A stretch of 62,533 nucleotides of DNA, the filler included, from Platydemus manokwari (Eukaryota), in assembly GCA_037951405.1 (NCBI GenBank). It is 6 parts of 6 records of this genome, joined end to end, with 100 filler letters (N's around TTAATTAATTAA, not from the genome) between each part and the next. Parts side by side here need not be neighbours in the genome. Positions count along the whole stretch, not along the records: positions 53,531 to 62,533 come from JBBMOY011315649.1; 5 more parts are not named here. One strand, written 5' to 3'. Positions 57,440-62,533 of this stretch are shown piece by piece; positions within the stretch are counted from its first letter, which is position 1; the number at the start of each line of letters is the position of its first letter. Under the pieces are notes generated by a model. That model ran no database searches and was not told the origin of the DNA. It saw only the letters and a list, made by a program, of their open reading frames with translations. Position numbers and translations under genes: made by a program.

Positions 57440-59829
57440 TTACCATATTAAAGTAATAAACAAAGAAAAAAATGCATAAAGAATTTTTGTTATAATAAAG
57501 AGAAAAAAAGACGGAAAAAAGAGAAAAGAAATACAAAAGAAGCTCGTGAAGAAGCAAAGACAAAGAAAAGAAAAGAGAAATATGACAGAAAAGAATGACC
57601 AAGAAAGCTCGTCAAGAAACGAAGATAGAAATAAAAGTAGTGAAAAGTCCACGAAGTGAAGAATAGACAGAGTCAGAGAAAAGAAAAAAAATTAAGGATT
57701 GCTGAGATGGAGAAACCATGGACAAAAAAAAACATGAGTGATTAATGAAGCAAGCACACAAAAGTGACAAGAGGTCAACAGACAGAGAGAAAAAGATAAG
57801 AGAGAGATACAGTAGGTGAGAGGTCTTAACAAAGAATGGGGAATAATTACAAAAATGAGAAAAACACAATATCAATGGAATCATACAAAAAAAACTTTAA
57901 CAAGTAGAAAGTCATAATGAGACAGATTAATAACGATGTTAGCTGGTTGAAAAGAACAATCTTCAAACTGAGACATACAAAAAAAACATTAACAAGAAAA
58001 CAAGATGACTAACATTTAAACACCCACAAAGCTGGTGGTGAAAAGAATAAATTCCAACATACAAGGTTGATGATGAAGTAGAGCAACACAACAAGAATAA
58101 TTATAAAAACTGGTGATGAAGTTTGATAACAAGAGAAACACTTAACAAAATACACAAAAGACAAGATGAAAAACGAATTAATGCTGAAAGTTAGCAACAA
58201 AAGAAAGACTACAAGTACATAGAATCTAAAAGTAATAGAAGCACTAAACAACTAAGAACATACATATGAGATAAGAAGAAAAGTCAAAACTAGTGAAGAA
58301 ATACTAATAAAGTGTAAATATAAATGACAAAACGAGAAATAGTGAACGGGTACAAAAATAATTAAAAAAAGAAAAAAGAACACAACATTGGCAACAATAA
58401 CAAAGAAAAGACGCCATTACCAGATCATAATAGATTCAACCAATCGTCTACCCAACAAGACATTGAAAAAAAAGACCTTTCCTATGACCATTTAACAAAC
58501 TATCAAGCAGAAGGAAACGTTAAATTTAGAATACTAAGTTAAAAGTAAAAAAAAATTTATCACGAAACCAGTCATTTTCATAAACAGATCATAAAGATCA
58601 ATCTATAAAGACAACATAAATTTGTTTCGACGACCAAGTAAAGATAAAAAAAATAAAAAAAGAATCCGCTCATGTAAATTTCGACATAGTAAAAATCACA
58701 AGTATAGCGATACACCATATCACAATAATCTCAATGTATCAAACAGACTGAAACATATTGTAACCCTATGTAAACTACTAAATCAATTAGATTCCCAGCC
58801 TAGAATATGTAAATGCATCTTAGGAATAGCACTAAAGTAATGGAAACGACATACCCAAAATCAAACTTAAGACTATAGTTAAGAAAAAAAGATATGTTTG
58901 TCACCTCCTTTCTTATTAAAAAAAAATTAAGATCTACGACCTAACCTTACAACATAACCATACATTGCATATACATATAGTCTACATGTCGTGAGAAACC
59001 AGTAAACTTTACTATAGGCTGACTCACAATATTCTCTAAAAACACTAGTTTTAACTCCATAACAACCATTGACTACATTTCCCCCATGCCTAACCAACAA
59101 CTTTATCTAACAACACAAGAACATAACAAAAAACTAACATGGAATAACGTTTTTTGGCTACCGTAACATGTACTTTTCAGCATCAGTTCATAGATGTAAA
59201 CAGTTAGTTTGTGTTTGGTACATAACCTAAATATGAAATACCCGACATAAATAACATATTGAAATGTATGAATACTACTATGACTCTAATCCCAATGCCA
59301 AAAAACATTTCGACCAAATCTAAAGTACGTTAAAAGAAAACAAAAGGCGAACTTATTGTAATTCCAAAGTACACATATAACATTAAATACTGATAATTTG
59401 TATAATCCATAATCTGATTTAAGTCACCCTGACACGCTGCTTCATCTATGCCCACTATTGAAACCAATACGTAAAAACCATTATAACACGCGATGATTAA
59501 AGTCATGCAAAAAACACTGTAAGCTGCGAGAAGAAACGAATCAAGAATACATTACGAACACCATCAGGTGAAGGCGCTGGGCATACATCGGCCACGCAAT
59601 CAGAATGCATGAAAACAGAATACCAAGACTAGTCTTTATGTGGGTCGGGAAGAGAAGACAGAAGACCAAGAACAACATTGAAAAGAACAATTACAAACGA
59701 ACTAACAGCAGTTATTTGAAAATTCATGAAATACAACAACTAGCCGAGGATCGCAATTCATAGAGAACTATAACATCCACCTTATGTGACAAACTTGACA
59801 CGTAAGGAAAATGAAGATGATGATGATGA
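57440..59829 (+). mobile_element. Decayed RTE-clade LINE (RT and C-terminal region) with (GAT)n tail
   Basis: 3' part reads NISTKSKVR, IR*RRWAYIGHAIRMHENRIPRLVFMW.GKRR..RPRTT.KRTI.NEL and AEDRNS*RTI, then gatgatgatgatga at ~59816-59829. Degenerate LSP.LF-like RT motif at ~58895. 5' boundary approximate. Confidence 0.8.
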
Positions 59830-60504
59830 AGCCACTCTAGCATTTGACATCGTCTTTATTATCGACTATGAACCAGTTGCCATTCAACACATGAGTTACA
59901 TTATTCGACCCAACTATCACCAGTAAGGTATTACCTAGACGTGTAAGGAATGAACAAAGTGTTAGCGCATTTGTCGCCTATAATGAAAGCTAGCCAACTC
60001 TAAGATCGAGTTATATGTCAGATACATGTGACAAAATTTTCACAAACACTTTTTCCAATCAACTAAATAAAAGACAAGCAAAATGCAATGTCCTCTGAAA
60101 CTGCTATTGTATATCTGTTAGCTAACCAAGAAATAATAGTAATGCACTTAATGACAATAAAAGAAGCACATGGCAAAATAAACAACAACAACAACAACAA
60201 AAAAACGTAAAACAATGTATGTGGTATAACTAAGTATGACTAAAACCCGATGAAACAATTGAAGAATACTTTTGTTTCGACACTGAATAACAAACATAAA
60301 CAAATATAACAAAGAAAATAATAAAAATAAAAAAAGGTTAGTATTATACAGCATGAGATTTTACAAGCAAACCCCTATTTTCACCACCAACAACAAATAA
60401 TTAAAAAAAAACACCTAATCGACATTAATGTATAACTTGGAAAAAAAAATAATGGAAAACATAGACTTTGTGTTCATGAATTAGGTATACCGTACAATGA
60501 CACG

Positions 60505-60788
60505 TGGCAGTGAATAGCCCAATTGATAAATGGCTAGCTATTTAAAAGTGGGCCAATTACTAACTTGGCAAATAGTGGACATGTTCACGAAAATGTGGGT
60601 GGCACGCAAAAACGGTCTCCAGCCTACCCAGCTGTAATTGGGTGCCTGGTCACGTGGTTGGGGGAGGTAAAGACGGCGAGGAGAAGAAGTGGTCACCCTA
60701 CCTCACAATGCTGTAGGCTCAGTACAGTGAAGGCTCTATCACTTCACTCCCCCAAACGGCAGAATTGCTAAGGGGCAAACCTTAACTT
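60505..60788 (+). mobile_element. SINE-like retroposon insertion with 12-bp TSD
   Basis: GC-rich 284-bp island flanked by tacaatgacacg (60493-60504 and 60789-60800). Ends in a cttaacttta-type tail. Core cccagctgtaattgggtgcctgg...ggggaggtaaagacggcgagg resembles conserved invertebrate SINE central domains. Confidence 0.75.
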
Positions 60789-62533
60789 TACAATGACACG
60801 CGATATACTGAGAGAAGTAAGACACAAAATAGATGTCTCAGAATGCTTTCTAAACATAACTCACTAAATCCATGACCTATATCACTTATTAAGGCCACAG
60901 TTAAAAGACTTTCAACTGTCGGTTTAATGTGGAGGAAAATATGTGATAAACTAAACATCACAACAACAAAATAAAATAAAAATTCAAATAAATGGTGTAC
61001 TTTGGATTTCCGTAAAATGAATTAAATAAAACAAGAGAAATATTTTATTTTAACATACAATCACAAATATACTGAAGACCATAATCTAACTCTTTACCCG
61101 TCAGTACCCATGACACATGAGGGTTCATCTTTAGTAGCAAGATAACAGTTTGTGGTTGTATCAGTAACTTTTTGTGTGATATTTTTAGTTTCAGTGTTTC
61201 AAAATATCAGTGAGACAAAATAATTTAGAAACAAAATAATCAAATTGTACCAGCTGTAAATAAAAAACTATTAGTTGTACGGTTAGAAAAACAATTAGGG
61301 AAAAAAATGTAGCCGACCGTGTGGGAAAAAAAATTGTTTGTAGATGTACAAAATCTTTAATTGTTAGCCAAGTTGAGGATGGCGGTGAAACATATTCAAG
61401 AAATGACAATTACTACATTGTTAGCGACATGTAACTTCCGTAATATATAACTTACATTTTTAGACAAGAAGGAAAAAATGTATATGTCAGGTGAAAAAAA
61501 ATGTTTGTACTGTGGCAATTACTAAGAAATGTAAAGGAAATGGAAATCAAATTTAGTCTAGAAAGTGTTGTTCTTTAAACATGTTGGAACAAACAACTTG
61601 TGTTATGTTTAGCGTGAAATTTGTGAAAAATATATAAATAAAAAACAAAATATTGGGTAGAGAGTTATAAAAAATGATATTTTTTCTAAACATAATCAGA
61701 AAAGTATATTTTTCTCTCATTGATAGTATTAGCCTTCATAAAAATAAGAATGTTGGATACAAAATACATTATGTTTTGTATTGCAATAAAGTCTGTATTC
61801 GTTAACAAAAATATAAAATATAAAAAAAAATAATAATAAAAATAAATAAATAAAAGTTGGAAAAAAATAGAAAAAACAATAGCTATCTTTGTATTTTACT
61901 AAATTGTTGCAATCGTTGAGAAACACATAAAATAAATATATATTTAAAAAAATAAATAAATAAATAAATCAATAAAAATAAATAAAAACGCATGAAAATT
62001 TGTTACAAAAATGCATTATGGTCGTAATTTCTTTATATCTGTCTGTCAGTTTTTCCTCTAGTTTGTATAATCTGCGTTATTTCTCAATGTGTATACGGTA
62101 ATTACATCACACTGTTAAGTTACTTGTAGATTTCTTAGCATATTAGTATTCTAGCACACTATTATAAATCGTAACATATATCTCAATAAAACAATTCCAC
62201 ACTTTTGTCAGTAAAAGTCAACACAAAATACATATTTTGTATATGGTCTAACAATAATTTGCAAGTTTATGTCAAACAAACAATATATCTATTCCAGCTG
62301 CCACAATCTAAAAATCTAAATTTTATTCATCATACTATGTATTTCGTTCCATTTTTATCACCGGGATAATCTAATTATACTATCGATTTTCACAACATGT
62401 TGACTTCAAAACAAAATACTACCCTTTTCATCTACTATCAATGTAGAATATTAAGTTTTCAAGAATATTCAATTCTTTATATCAACATGTGACCTGGTTC
62501 TTTATATCAACATATATATATATTTAATTCTCT

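Noticed and set aside
56863-58251. Phe/Leu-rich membrane-protein-like ORFs
   Set aside because: Artefacts of T-rich strand composition in decayed repeats.

Overview
AT-rich eukaryotic (invertebrate, plausibly flatworm/planarian-like; this is an inference) genomic DNA. It is not one contiguous sequence: five 100-nt spacers (N44-TTAATTAATTAA-N44) and one plain N gap split it. Five protein-coding genes can be built with GT-AG splice sites and consistent phases. (1) A minus-strand RS-domain protein with a Q/A-rich C-terminus (5' end lost in a gap). (2) Intronless cysteamine dioxygenase ADO. (3) The catalytic 3' half of PARG, tail-to-tail with ADO. (4) The first 13 exons of WDR35/IFT121. (5) A two-exon aerolysin/ETX-MTX2-type (LIN-24-like) beta-pore-forming protein, which sits directly behind a ~270-bp-arm inverted repeat. 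The rest is mostly transposon debris: mariner remnants, a Buster-type hAT nested in a decayed ORF, a GG-terminated MITE family with an 8-bp TSD, a SINE-like insert with a 12-bp TSD, and decayed RTE, R4-like and CR1-like non-LTR elements. There is also an intronless, stop-riddled RING-finger ORF of unknown origin. The best candidates for new biology are the pore-forming-protein/inverted-repeat locus, the RING pseudogene and the strongly A-skewed decay of the RTE element.
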